Part shown: positions 13,016 to 25,406 of the stretch, piece after piece | Numbering within the stretch: the first letter of the stretch is position 1 | How the letters are laid out: each line of letters opens with the position of its first letter | DNA from: Eledone cirrhosa | Lineage: Eukaryota | Reading direction: 5' to 3' | DNA length: 64,000 nt | NCBI GenBank assembly: GCA_964016885.1 | Contig: OZ024743.1 | Span: 158,100,001-158,164,000, forward strand | The notes under the pieces: generated by a model | Database searches by the model: none | The model's input: the letters and a program-made list of their open reading frames with translations, nothing else | What the model was told of the DNA's origin: nothing | Translations under genes and position numbers: made by a program

Positions 13016-13182
13016 TCTCCCTTTTTTTGTTGAAAAAAGAAGTAAGTGACATAGTCACTACTTTAAAACAATAGCGTAAGGTCTTCAAAATGCTTTTAAT
13101 TAAGCATACAATGTATTACCAAATACACTATATATACATTAATATATACATCGCTATTTCAGAGCACCAATTCTAATATCAG

Positions 13183-16100
13183 CATCATCATCATCATCAT
13201 TTTACGTCTGCTTTTCCCTGCTTGCAAGGGTGGGACGGGTCTTATTCAGCACAGCATCTCTCCACTTGTCATGGTCCTTCGTCATCTCTACCGTGAGCTT
13301 CAGCGATCTGTGGTCTGTTCTCACCACCTCTGCCCATGTTTTTCGTGGTCTACCTCTACCACATCTTCCTTCAACTGGCATTTCCTGGCACTTCTTCACC
13401 CATCGGTCATCCTCCATGCGCATCACATGTCCATACCACTTCAGTCTCCTCTCTCGCACACTACATTCTATCTCTCCCAGACACAGTTTCTCTCTCAACA
13501 CATTCATGCTGGGTCGTTAACGCACATTGACATTGCACATCCAACGGAGCATGCTTGCCTCATTTCTCTCCAGCCGTCGCATATCCTCTGCAGTTACTGC
13601 CCATGTCTCACTACCATGCAGCATCGTACTCCTCACACAGGTATCATATAACCGGCCTTTCGTATGCAGGGAGAAACCCTTCTTCGTCAGCAGAGGAAGC
13701 AGCTCCCTAAACTTCTTCCAACCCGTCCTTATTCTAGATACTATGGCCTCGGAACACCCCCCCCCCTCCCATGGTACCGGAAGCTATCTACCACTTCTAT
13801 AGCACCCACCTGCATTTGAAAAATGTGTCTATCAATGCGACTTCTACTGTCTAATTTTCTTGTACATCTACTGCATACGTATTTCTCCCTATCGGTTAGT
13901 TTGCCTGCTATCCCACTACATCTCTTGTGTACCCAGGATCTGCATTGTGTGCATTTTATAGAATTTATGCCAGTTCCTTTTCTGCATATCAAACATGGCC
14001 ATTTCCCAGACGGAATCAGAGTTTTGTCCTCTTTTCTACTCATCAACACTTTTGTCTTAGCTAGGTTCACTCTCAGTCCTCTTGATTCCAACTGCTGTTT
14101 CCATAGCCAGAATTTATTCTCTAGCTCCTCTACTGATTCTGCTATAAGAACCAGATCGTCAGCATAGAGAAGTTCCCATGGACAGCCAGTCTTAAACTCC
14201 TCTGTTATGGGTTGGAGGACTATAATGAACAAGAGCGGGCTGAGGTCCGAACCTTGATGTACTCCTACTTGTATCTGGAATTCCTCACTAAACTCCATTC
14301 CTACCCTGACTTTACTGACAGCACCTCTGTACAAAGTTTTCGCTGTCCTCACAAGCCATTCCCCAACACCTAGTTTCCTTAGGGATCACCAGATGACAGA
14401 TCGTGGTACCCTATCAAAGGCCTTCTCTAGGTCAACAAAGGCTAAGTATAGTGGCTTATTCTTCTCTAAGAACCTCTCTTGCAATTGTCTCACCAAGAAG
14501 AGGACATCTGTTGTACTTTTACCAGGCACAAAACCAAACTGCATCTCATCTAGTTTGACCCTTTCTCTAATTAGTTGTGCTAATATCCTTTCTGCCATTT
14601 TCATAACCTGATCCATCAGTTTTATACCCCTATAATTGCTCCTATCCAGAGCATCCTCTTTACCTTTGTAGCAATATATGAGAATACTGCTGCACCAGTC
14701 TTTAGGTATGACACCACTATATATAGCCTGATTAATGATGCGTGCAACTACCCCCGACGGTCCAGCAGCCTTACCATTTTTCATTTCCTTAATCGCCTCT
14801 TGTACCCTATATTCGTCAATCTCAATAGCTGGTCCCTCTGTCGGATCTACTGAGGGTAATTTCTCTCTCTCCCATTCGTTCTCCACATTCATCAGTCTCT
14901 CATAATGACATTTCCAGGCCTCCTTTTTCTGATCATTCGTGACACTATGTACACCGGCATCATTCCGGACACATTTATCTCCAACAACATCCTGATTTGC
15001 ATTGACACACTGCCTTGCAATGTGGAACACCGCACGCCTCTGATCTTCCCGTCACAGAACATTGGCAAACCTCCTACTCTCAGCCTCCCTGTATGCTAAG
15101 TACACCTGACATCTAGCTTCTCTCTTAGCGGCTGTATATCCTTCTCTACTCCCACCCTTTTTTCCAAGCCTTCCATGCTAGTCTTTTGTCTCTAATGGCC
15201 CTATCTACTGTGCTGTTCCACCACCAGGTCACTCTCTGTCTGGTTGGAGCTCTGCTCCAGCCACAAGTTTCATCAGTAGCCTGCAGTAAGTTGTCACGTA
15301 AGAAATTCCAGTTATCATCTATGTCATACGACTCTAAATCGTCTTCTTTTTCGTCATACACATCTTGAAGGGCTTTCCTAAATTTGTATTTTAGTGAAAG
15401 GTCTTTTAGCTTCCAGACCTTTCTTTTCCACACCTCCCTGTATGTCTCATTCCATCTCTTGCTTACTGAGATATCACTAACGACTAATCTATGATGTGGG
15501 GGTACATTCTTCCCCAGGGTATGCCTTGGTATTTGACACTATCTGCCTGTCCCGCTGCCTAACTAGTAAGAAGTCAATCTGGCTTATGTGCTCACCTGAT
15601 TTGTAGGTTATTAGGTGGTTGGCAGGTTTCTGGAGGTTAGTGTTGCAAATAGTCAGTGTACTTGCATCACAAAATTCAAAAAGTTTCACTCCTTTGTCAT
15701 TTCTTGAGCCGTAACTGTGCCCACCATGTACCCCAGTATAACCATCCTGGAGCTGTCCAACATGACCATTGAAGTCCCCTGCTAGCATAACGATGTCTCC
15801 GTCCTCTGTCATTGTGGCTGTTTGTAAAAGTTGCTCATAAAAGCAGTCTTTCTCTTCTTTGCCTAGGCCTGCTTGGGGAGCATAGGTAGAGATGATTGTC
15901 AGTAGTCTCCTGCTTACAACTAATCTAAGCTTAATTATTCGATTATTAACTCAAACTACCTCTATTGTTTTATTGATCCATCTCTCAGCCAGGAAAATGC
16001 CTACTCCCCCTAACCCATCATCCTTACCTACCCAGAAAAGCTTATAACTAAGATGTGTGCCTGCGATTAGTCTCGCAGAGGCACCTCTCCATCTCACCTC

Positions 16101-16490
16101 TTGCACGCAGCACGCATCCACATGCCTTCTCTCCAACATCTCCGCTATTTCACCAGATCTACCTGTAAGAGTGCCAACATTAAGTGTTGCAACACTGAGA
16201 TGCGACGTCTTCATATTTTTCTTGTTCCTTTTCCTGTAGTGCAATTGGTTGAAGACAGTCGGGGGGTTCTCGCACATGACTGCACCAGCTACCCCACTAC
16301 CATGCGCATCCCTAATATGGTATATATTTGTTCCTGTGCTCATAATTGTTTTGGCATTGATACACTGGTTGGATAACCTTCCTAACACCAGTGCCACTTT
16401 ACAGCATTGACTGGGTGCTTTTATTCGTGCCACCAGCACTAGAGAGGATGTCTTACTGGACTCATGGGCCCTCTCTACCCCTCCATTTTA
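13183..16490 (-). mobile_element. Near full-length RTE LINE (APE + RT + PHD-like finger), frameshifted
   Basis: TLNVGTL, VQEVRW, AGDFNGHVG, QIDFLL, NYRGIKL, FVDLEKAFDRVPR, GVHQGS, LLYADDL, WYGHV. (ATG)n tail at 13183-13200. Confidence 0.93.
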
Positions 16491-16894
16491 CAGCATGGTC
16501 ATAACAAAAAAAAAAAAAAAAAAACCACTTAGTGACACTCACGGCACACACACACACTCACTCACACACCGACACTCATGCATACAAACATACATGCCAC
16601 TCACACACCAATACTCATGCATACAAACACTCACACCCCACTCACACACACACACATACATACATATATTACCGTCAGTACTGATACAAGATCATGTCAA
16701 CTGTTGACTTTTACAGTTCAGTATTTTTATAATAATAATTGTTTGCTTTACAGCATAGAGCAACGGCCCTCCACGCTCTGGGCCCAAAACAAGGCACCAC
16801 CAATGCATTGGGACAATCGCTGCCCCGTGCCAAGAAGAGAATAGTTATTATTATTATTATAGTTATTTTATTCTTCTTAAGGCCTGGTCGCTGG

Positions 16895-17307
16895 TTATGG
16901 TGATGGTGGTGGTGGTGGATGATGTCAGTGATGGTGATGGCAGTTGTTGTTGTCGTTGTTGTTCTTGTTGTTGTTCTTGTTGTTGTTGCTGCTGTTGTTG
17001 TTCATTTCACTGATGATGCTGCTGCAGACAATGGTGTTGTTGCTGTTGTTGTTGTTGTTGTTGCTGGTGTTGTTGCTGCTGTTGTTGTTGTTTCTGTTGT
17101 TGTTGTTGCAGTTGCTGTTGTTGTTGTAGTTGCTGTTGTTGCTGTGTTGAAATCTGGTCGCATCGACTGAGATATATATATATACACACACATATATATA
17201 TATATATATACATACACACACACATTCAACACAGACAATGGTGTTGTTGTTGCAGTTGCTGCTGTTGTAGTTGTTGTTGTTGCTGTGTTGAAATCTGGTC
17301 GCATTGA

Positions 17308-17310
<3 letters not shown>
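16895..17310. repeat. (GTT/GCT)n trinucleotide region with a local duplication
   Basis: CAGACAATGGTG...GAAATCTGGTCGCAT occurs twice (about 17024-17170 and 17231-17311). Confidence 0.85.
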
Positions 17311-17345
<35 letters not shown>

Positions 17346-17404
17346 GCATTCCGTTAAGGCATGACACCCACAATTTCGATTTAGATTGAATTCATTTAAT
17401 TTAT

Positions 17405-17860
17405 CTTAATTTTGGATATAGATATATAAATACGGCTCCTTAATTGTAGAATTGTAGAGCTAACTCTGTTGAAGGGAATTGACTGCTATTTCTAGTTGTC
17501 GAATACCTATTCACGCCACTGAGACGAAGCCGCTGTGATGTGTAAAAACAACACGTGGTAGCGGCCAGTTATAGATTTTGATTCGAAGTGTAAACATGGA
17601 TTGCTGAAATATTGTTCTTCCTTGTTGATAATCCAATAATATCCACTTTCTGTGACTTACCATCTAATTAATTGGTGAAATATATTTCTTTAATGAAATA
17701 TATTCAGGGAAGATTAATCATTAAAAGGTATCTATTTTTGAAGTTCTAGTTAACTTTATTTATTTGTTACCTACTAGCCATGCGTGGTTACACGCTTGTA
17801 AAAATTATCTCCTGTGATTATTCATGTTTATATTTATTTATATATATGTTGATCAATTCC
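17405..17860 (+). repeat. Unclassified interspersed repeat
   Basis: Reverse-complement paralogue of about 61730-62122 plus 63176-63220. Confidence 0.7.
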
Positions 17861-17951
17861 TAGTTATTATATATATATATACACATACATACATATATAA
17901 ATATATACACACACACATTCAACACAGATAAAGGAGTTTAGCAACAGATCA

Positions 17952-17999
<48 letters not shown>

Positions 18000-18370
18000 T
18001 TCAACACAGAGAAAGGAGTTTGGCAACAGGTCAGACACCTTAGTGTAGATAGGGTAATGACTTATGTGGTGGTGGTGGTTGGGGGACGAGTGTACACGTT
18101 ATTGTGGTGGCGGGGGGGGGGGGGGGGCAGTGAGATGTATCAAGTTCATAGTTCACTTGTCCCTTTTCCTCTCTTTTCAAAATGTGAATTTCTAGCCATT
18201 TTGCAATGAGTGGACAAGTAAACGTAAAATGTAAAATTTAAATAGAGATTGCTCTGGAAAAATATATGGAATATTTCTGTATTTTCCACAGCTTTTGTCA
18301 GAACATTTCCCCGGAGTCCAATGAACAAAAATGTTGTTGTATTTTGATCTTTCAATTTGTTGTATTTTGA

Positions 18371-21026
18371 TCTCTCTATATATATAATAGGAGGCACGTG
18401 GCTTAGTGGTTAGAGCATTGGCTTTGCAATCGAAAGGTTGTGAGTTCAATTCTCAGACCGGGTGATGTGTTGTTTCCTTGAGCAAGACACTTTATTTCAC
18501 ATTGCTCCAGTTTATTCAGCTGTAGAAATGAGATGATAGGGACTGGGGTCCCTATCATTCCACTGTAAAGTGGACGTGCAGGCGCCACGGAAAAAAAGCA
18601 CCCGGCACTCACTGTAAATGAGGTTGCTGTTAGGAAGGGCATCCAGCTGTAGAAATCAGTTCCCGTCCCACCCTTGCAAGCAGGGAAAAGCGGACGTAAA
18701 ATGATGATGATGATGATGATAATAGCTCATTTGTTTGTCTGTTTGTCTCCAATGCACTTACAAACCAGTGGACCAATTATGTTCAAACATGGCATGTGAA
18801 TTCTTTAGACTCAGGAATAGGTTTTCTTCACGCTTGAACCTATATTCATTTCTTTTTGTTTGTCAATCTGTGGACGCCATGAGTTATGATCTTCACTACA
18901 ATGGAATGTGATGGAAAATAGAGAACTGAAGAAGTGAAATATGAAATTAAATAGAGTGCTGAAAGCCAAAGATGGAACTAAGCAAATAAGTTGACAATGC
19001 ATGAACGAAAAGTGAAAGAAATAGAGATAAAGAAAATTAAGAAAGTGAGCGACACGCATTCAACATAGTAGCTAACACTAAAGCAACAAACATACCCTTG
19101 CTTAAGTATTGCATGAGAGGAGGTACAACTAAAACAAGTGAGCGACACATGTTCAATCAACTGCTTTAATATCAAAATCTGTTCTCTTCTCTACTGGTTG
19201 CAGCATATTTTGTCATACATTCTTTATATTTCTTCTGTGTGTGTATATATGTCATATCTACTTAATATTTGACCTGTGAACAAAAAGACTTCCATACAGT
19301 TTGAGGGCATTGTGTTTGTATTTTAATGCACGTTTGTAGTTGGTGGTGGCACTGACACTATTGACATTTCACTGTTACCATGACTACCAATGTTATTTTT
19401 CCAAACTCAAGAAAGCTTCTAGATATAAGTTCGAAAGCAGAAATAATGAAGCGGAGTTACAGCTAGATCCTGTCAAAATCTCCATGTGGTTTAATTGACC
19501 TGGATGTGGCCCGGCACCCATAGAGTGTAAAAAGTTAAGGGCTGAAATACGTGTGTGAGGGGGGGGGGGCTTCTTCTCTGAAGACCTTCTGCTTTCCAGC
19601 TTTCCCAAGAGTTTCTTACCATTATCTTCCCATGCGTGTGTATATATGCCACATTTTCTTATATAGCTCTGTGTATATATGTGTGTTGTGTGTCAGCCTC
19701 TCATTCAATTTTGGCTTCTTTATTTGATTTATGGAAACACTACTAAAAATAACACATATGAAGCCTTTTGCATATTCTTTCCATTAGTTTTTGGTTGTTG
19801 TTTCTGAAAAATCACTGAAAGTTAATGCAATGGGTCCACGTCCAACAGAATTTGATGACTTAGATCCCTCATTAACAGAAAAATTAAAAATCTTTAGATA
19901 AATAATAGTGGCATTTGAAGTTGCAAATAAAAAGTGCCTTTGGAAGAAAATCTCATAAAACTATGGCAAAGCAGTGACAAAGGCAGAATGAAAGTGAAGA
20001 GCAGCGACAAGAACGACTCTAAAAACAAAGTAAAGCAACAGCGATATATATAAGCAAAATGAATCAGGACAAAGATCAAAAAGGTTTGCTAATGGTAGAA
20101 CACAGAAAGCAACTTTTCATCAAGAGGAATTAGATTATGGAACTACAGCTCAAAACAGACAGGATGAATCAGATGCACAAAGATCATCAAGACTTCAACA
20201 ACAAAGAATAAGAAGTGCACAGAATAGACAGGGTGAATCAGAGGAACACAGATCAAAAAGGCTTGCTGAAAATATGACAATGGAAGCAACTATTCAACAA
20301 GAGGATTCAGATGTACGAAAATTATTAAGACAGCAAATGGAGAGAAATAGAACAGATTAAAGGTGGCGTGAAGAAACTGAAGCTCAAACAACTCAAAGGC
20401 TATGTGAACAGAGAGCAAGAACAGAAGATTTATGATTTTAAAAGGTTGTTGAGTGGAACTTTGCTGCTTTTAGTTACAATTCACATCAAGACTATGCCTC
20501 AGAACTTTTAATTTGAATTTCCTCAATTAACAAAATTTGTCCTAATTGTAGTTCTAAAAAATCGAATGGTCAGTCAACTGGATTGTGCTGTTTAAATGGA
20601 AAGATTAAATTTTGATTATTACCTGAACCACCAGAACACTTGAGGGGACTGCTGATTCGTACAACTACTGAATCAAGACACTTTCTTCAAAATGTCCAGA
20701 AGTAGAATAATGCATTCCAAATGACATCATTTGGTGCAAATGTCATACATGAAGGTGGCTTTATGCCCACAGCATTGGACTACTTTAGTCACTTTCAGAA
20801 GAAAACCAAAATATTTACAACTGTATTTTATCAGTGATATGAAAACCCAAGTACAGACAAGATATGAAAGGAATAAAGAAACTAAGTATGAAATCACATT
20901 GCAACTAAAAGATATGTTACATAAAAGAAACAGCTATATTATAAGTTTCAAATATACTATAGAAAAAGCTTTGAATGAAATTTCATTAATTTCTTCAACC
21001 CGAGCAATGCCGGATACTTCTTCTAG
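18371..21026 (+). mobile_element. Internally deleted Helitron
   Basis: A|TC 5' end; 3' hairpin CCGAGCAATGCCGG followed by CTAG|T. Decayed RepHel N-terminus CPNC...CCLNGKI..PEPPEHL...HFLQN...FQMTSFGA and KYLQLYF. Confidence 0.8.
18391..18720 (+). mobile_element. tRNA-derived SINE with RTE 3' tail
   Basis: A box TGGCTTAGTGG, B box GAGTTCAATTC, (ATG)n tail. TSD ATAATAG at 18384-18390 / 18719-18725. Confidence 0.88.
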
Positions 21027-21067
<41 letters not shown>

Positions 21068-21107
21068 CTCTCTCTCTCTATCTCTCTCTCTCTCTCTCTT
21101 TCTATAT

Positions 21108-21889
21108 CCCGAACGTTTAATTAGGAATATACTCACTTATTTCCTAATGTTTGTTGAGTGAGTTGGGATCTGGCCGGAGTATCGCTAAAAGCTTTCTCTG
21201 ATAATGTATTTATTTATTTACTCTTGGTGCAACGGATATGAACTTCCCGATATAAGGTTTGACTCTCTTTGTTTATTTTTTTTATATATGAATATTGATT
21301 GTTTCTTGTATCTCATTCTGTTATTTTGCCCGAGAAAATATCTGTGTGTCATCAAACAATGTACACACATGGATATTTGTTCAAATTCGAATTGAGTTCT
21401 AGCACGTAGCCTGAATTCCTTTTAGAATTCATTGTCCTGCGCATGTATTGTTTTTTTTGCGGTAATATACTTCCTCATTTTTGAATCAGTTTGAGTATTT
21501 CTTTAAAACTGCTAGAGTAGCAACCTAGCAGATACCTCAGACACTGATGGTGATTATCGCTAAATACCGATATTAATTTGATTATCAATATTAGTATTAT
21601 TGGGCACCCACTGATGAATTATAAGAGCCCACTTGAATATGTATCTGTTGATCTTATACAAGCTTCTACATAAATTGGTATAATTTCACCCAAATAATGA
21701 AACGAGACGTCCGTCTGGGAAGAGATATATCCGATATGTCTCATATGAAATAATATAGCCAATTTTCCACACAATACAATTAGTTAGCACCCCGAACGTT
21801 TAATTAGGAATATACTCACTTATTTCCTAATGTTTGTTGAGTGAGTTGGGATGTGGCTGGAGTATCGCTAAAAGCTTTCTCCGATAATG

Positions 21890-21896
<7 letters not shown>
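21108..21896 (+). mobile_element. Non-coding HHR element, about 1.15 copies of a 683-nt unit (retrozyme-like)
   Basis: 106-bp direct repeat at 21108-21213 / 21791-21896. One hammerhead and no long ORF. (TC)n and (TA)n flanks. Confidence 0.75.
21607..21719 (+). ncRNA. Type I hammerhead ribozyme with extended stem II
   Basis: CCCA-CUGAUGA-AUUAU...AUAAU-GAAA-CGAGACGUCCG-UC-UGGG. Confidence 0.8.
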
Positions 21897-21960
<64 letters not shown>

Positions 21961-21966
<6 letters not shown>

Positions 21967-22305
21967 GTGAGGTTTTTTTTTACAAAATGAAAAATAACCA
22001 AGGTGTCCTACACGAGTGAAAGTATAAATGAAAAAAGATGAAATCGAAAATGCAACTGGAGTCTTATTTTTTTTAAAAATATATATATTTATTTGGTTCC
22101 TTTACCGGTTTCGCAGTTCTTCTGCTTTTCAAAAGTAGAGTTGAGATGGAGGGTCTGTGGTTTTTCGAGAAAAACCACAGACCCTCCATCTCAACTCTAC
22201 TTTTGAAAAGCAGAAGAACTGCGAAACCGGTAAAGGAACCAAATAAATATATATATTTTTTTTAAAAATAAGACTCCAGTTGCATTTTCGATTTCATCTT
22301 TTTTT
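21961..22305. mobile_element. Fold-back PLE-like terminal fragment
   Basis: Arms of about 136 bp (22031-22305) with a 2-nt loop. Decayed HHR UUGAAAA-GCAG..CUGC-GAAA-CCGG-UA. Confidence 0.65.
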
Positions 22306-22308
22306 CTT

Positions 22309-22400
<92 letters not shown>

Positions 22401-22401
<1 letters not shown>

Positions 22402-22545
22402 CGTTGGTATGGACACGTGATGCGTATGAAGGATGAGAGCTGTATAAAAAGGTACAGTGTGCTCAAAGTCGATGGTAGCCTTGGAGTTGAAAGACCCAGG
22501 AAGACTTTGGATGAGGTGATAAAAGCTAACCTTGATCAACTGCAT
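22401..22545 (+). mobile_element. RTE LINE fragment
   Basis: RWYGHVMRMKDE...RPRKTLDEVIKA. Confidence 0.8.
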
Positions 22546-22800
22546 CTCTCATTTTTTCATCTTTAAATAGAATGGGGAGGTTTTTGAGTAGGTGGTCAAA
22601 CATTTCGGTGTTTCTGGGGTTGAAGGTGGGTACATATGGTAACGTATTGTTTGTGGTTCTGCGCTTTCGATTGTTAAGTTCATGGAAATTTACATGTATT
22701 GTTCCATCTATCAAGTTATTAATTATGTCAAATGGGAAGGCTCTTAAGGTAAGTGTGTTTTTTTAGTTCATTTAGTCTTTGTTCCCGTTTAGTTGGGTCT
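22546..22800 (-). mobile_element. PLE linker-region fragment
   Basis: LPYVPTFNPRNTEMF..LLKNLPILFKD resembles the PLE post-RT linker. Confidence 0.5.
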
Positions 22801-23050
22801 AATCAGATGAGATTTTGGTTTTGCTTAATTAACAGGACTAATAAAAGAACTTGAAATAGCAGGCAGACTGTCTTAACGTTTCAGACGCTAGTGCTTCACC
22901 ATCAAAAGAAGAAAGAATCAGAAATTAGAATGATTGAAGTGACGGGCAGGGCAGGATAGGAAAAAATATTTTTAGAAAAAAATAAGAGGTCCATTCATGT
23001 TGCCATCTCTTGGAAATATATATATATAGTAATATATGAGGTAATAGCGT

Positions 23051-23150
<100 letters not shown>

Positions 23151-23151
23151 G

Positions 23152-23214
<63 letters not shown>

Positions 23215-23239
23215 ATGTATATATATATATATATATATG

Positions 23240-23270
<31 letters not shown>

Positions 23271-23276
<6 letters not shown>

Positions 23277-24120
23277 GGAAAAAATGAAACGAAATTTCAT
23301 TTCCCACTCTTAGTACGGCTGTTACTTAAATATAAGTATGTACACGTACATACATATATGTATACAGACGTACAGTAGTATGTATATATATATATATACA
23401 TGCACACATATATATATGTACGTATGGATTCACCGAACATTTATTATAATGCTCGGTGTGTTTGTAAACAAACATCCCATATTAAGCCGTAGTGTCCAGC
23501 AACCATCGTTGCTTGTTTGTTCAACACTGAGAAAGGAACGCTGTACTAGTTTCAAGCTTATTAGCTATCATCAGCAACATATACCTTCCTGCCAGATTGT
23601 TGAACGTATGTACTTACCTTATGCATATTAACGGCTGAGTAGCCCAATTTGCATATCGAGTGGGTTAATCGGCCGGGTGCACCGAAAACGATAAACGGAA
23701 AAAATGAAACGAAATTTCATTTCCCACTCTTAGTACGGCTGTTACTTAAATATAAGTATGTACAAGTACATACATATATGTATACAGACGTACAGTAGTA
23801 TGTATATATATATATACATACATGCACACATATATATATGAATCACCGAACATTTGTTATAATGCTCGGTGTGTTTGTAAACAAACATCCCGTATTAAGC
23901 CGTAGTGTCCAGCAACCATCGTTGCTCGTTTGTTCAACCCTGACAAAGGAACGCTGTACTTTATATGTATGTACGTGTACATACTTATATTTTAAGTAAC
24001 AGCCGTACTAAGAGTGGGAAATGAAATTTCGTTTCATTTTTTCCGTTTATCGTTTTCGATGCACCCGGCCGATTAACCCACTCGATATGCAAATTGGGCT
24101 ACTCAACCGTTAATATGCAT
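23271..24120 (-). mobile_element. Non-coding HHR element, about 1.6 copies of a 420-nt unit plus an inverted segment
   Basis: Units start at 23271 and 23691. 23961-24120 is an inverted copy of about 23621-23780. Confidence 0.75.
23538..23580 (-). ncRNA. Minimal type I hammerhead ribozyme
   Basis: AUGUUG-CUGAUGA-UAGCU(AAUA)AGCUU-GAAA-CUAG-UA-CAGCGU. Confidence 0.8.
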
Positions 24121-24545
24121 ACAGGACAACCCGTCTAACCCATGCTAACGTGGAAGAATGGACGTAAAATTGTGATGATGATGATTATGATGATATATAT
24201 ATATTTCATCTCCCCTTCTATACACCTCCACATCTTACCCCCCTCGTCCATGTCCCTCTCCTCTCTTGCACCTCCCGCATCATAATATGTCATACCCCCC
24301 CCCCCCTTGCCAATCCCCACTCAATACCCCAGCTCACACTAAAGTGGTCATGTGGGTGTCACATCAAAAAGCATCCAGTACTCACTGTAAATGTGGTTGG
24401 AGTTAGGAAGGCCATCCAGCCATAAAAACTAAGCCAAAACCAGTTCTGTATGAGTGAGACTTGGCCATCTGGCTTGTCTCACAATGGGGCAACCTGTCTA
24501 ACTCATGCCAGCTGGAAAAATAGCCGTTAGATGGTGATGGTGGTA
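24121..24545 (+). mobile_element. Two RTE-related 3' tails
   Basis: AACCCATGCTAACGTGGAAGAATGGACGTAAAA(TGA)n, followed by a diverged TAGGAAGGCCATCCAGC tail. Confidence 0.65.
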
Positions 24546-25375
24546 ACACTGGTCAACAAAATTTTGCTTTTTTTTCTGCTGACCTAAGTTTGAGACCTGT
24601 TCTTGAGTAATTTGGGGCCACTGAGTTTTAAAATGACTACTTTTTTTCTATAATGTCAAATTTTATATATTTTTGTTGCTTTGTTTGACATGCGACTCAG
24701 AGCTCTTTATAAGTTTTATATAATAGATTTTTAAATTTTCTATTGATGGATTATTCCTTTTGAGAAGGGAGGCTTTCTTCAGCTGTTTAACAATGATAGG
24801 GTTAGATTCCCAATGGACTCTCTGCTATGCTTTCAGATTAATTAGGAGACAATTTTCAAATATCTCTTGGTGAGCTTTTACGAATTATTCATTATCTGGT
24901 CAGGAGGTTTCCTATCTGTTTTCCTTTTGCACGGCGTAAAATCTGTTTTAAAATGTGGTCGAATAATGTTCAAAAACCTCAGGTACTGACTGCCTGAAGC
25001 AATCAAATGATTTTCTTTTTGCAGATTTTTGTTCGTTGCTTTGTTAGCTTAGATCAACTTTTGCTGGGACTATTCTGTTGTCAAAGCAGACACTTTCAAA
25101 AGAGTTGAATGATTCACAGTTAAGCGCAAAATGTTTCTACTTAATATATATATATACACACATAAATATATAAACACACACATATACATACATGTATATA
25201 TACACATACGCATACACACACACACACTCATTTGTGTACGGTACATGCACAGACATGCACCCAAGTAGTCATATAGTGTTGTGCGGTGTTGATGTCAAGT
25301 AGGGGTTAGCCAAATCCCAGAGATAACACCATCCCCACTGACCATGACTGCAGCCACACCAACACCACCACCATC

Positions 25376-25406
<31 letters not shown>

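Noticed and set aside
16919-17373. PolyQ/N/T/V ORFs
   Set aside because: A (GTT/GCT)n simple repeat open in most frames, with no splice or domain support.
18391-18470. tRNA gene
   Set aside because: A/B boxes are present, but the sequence continues into a SINE body with tail and TSD.
22866-22912. Minus-strand TTGATGG...GAAACGTT fold
   Set aside because: Two core mismatches and a weak stem II; too decayed to call.
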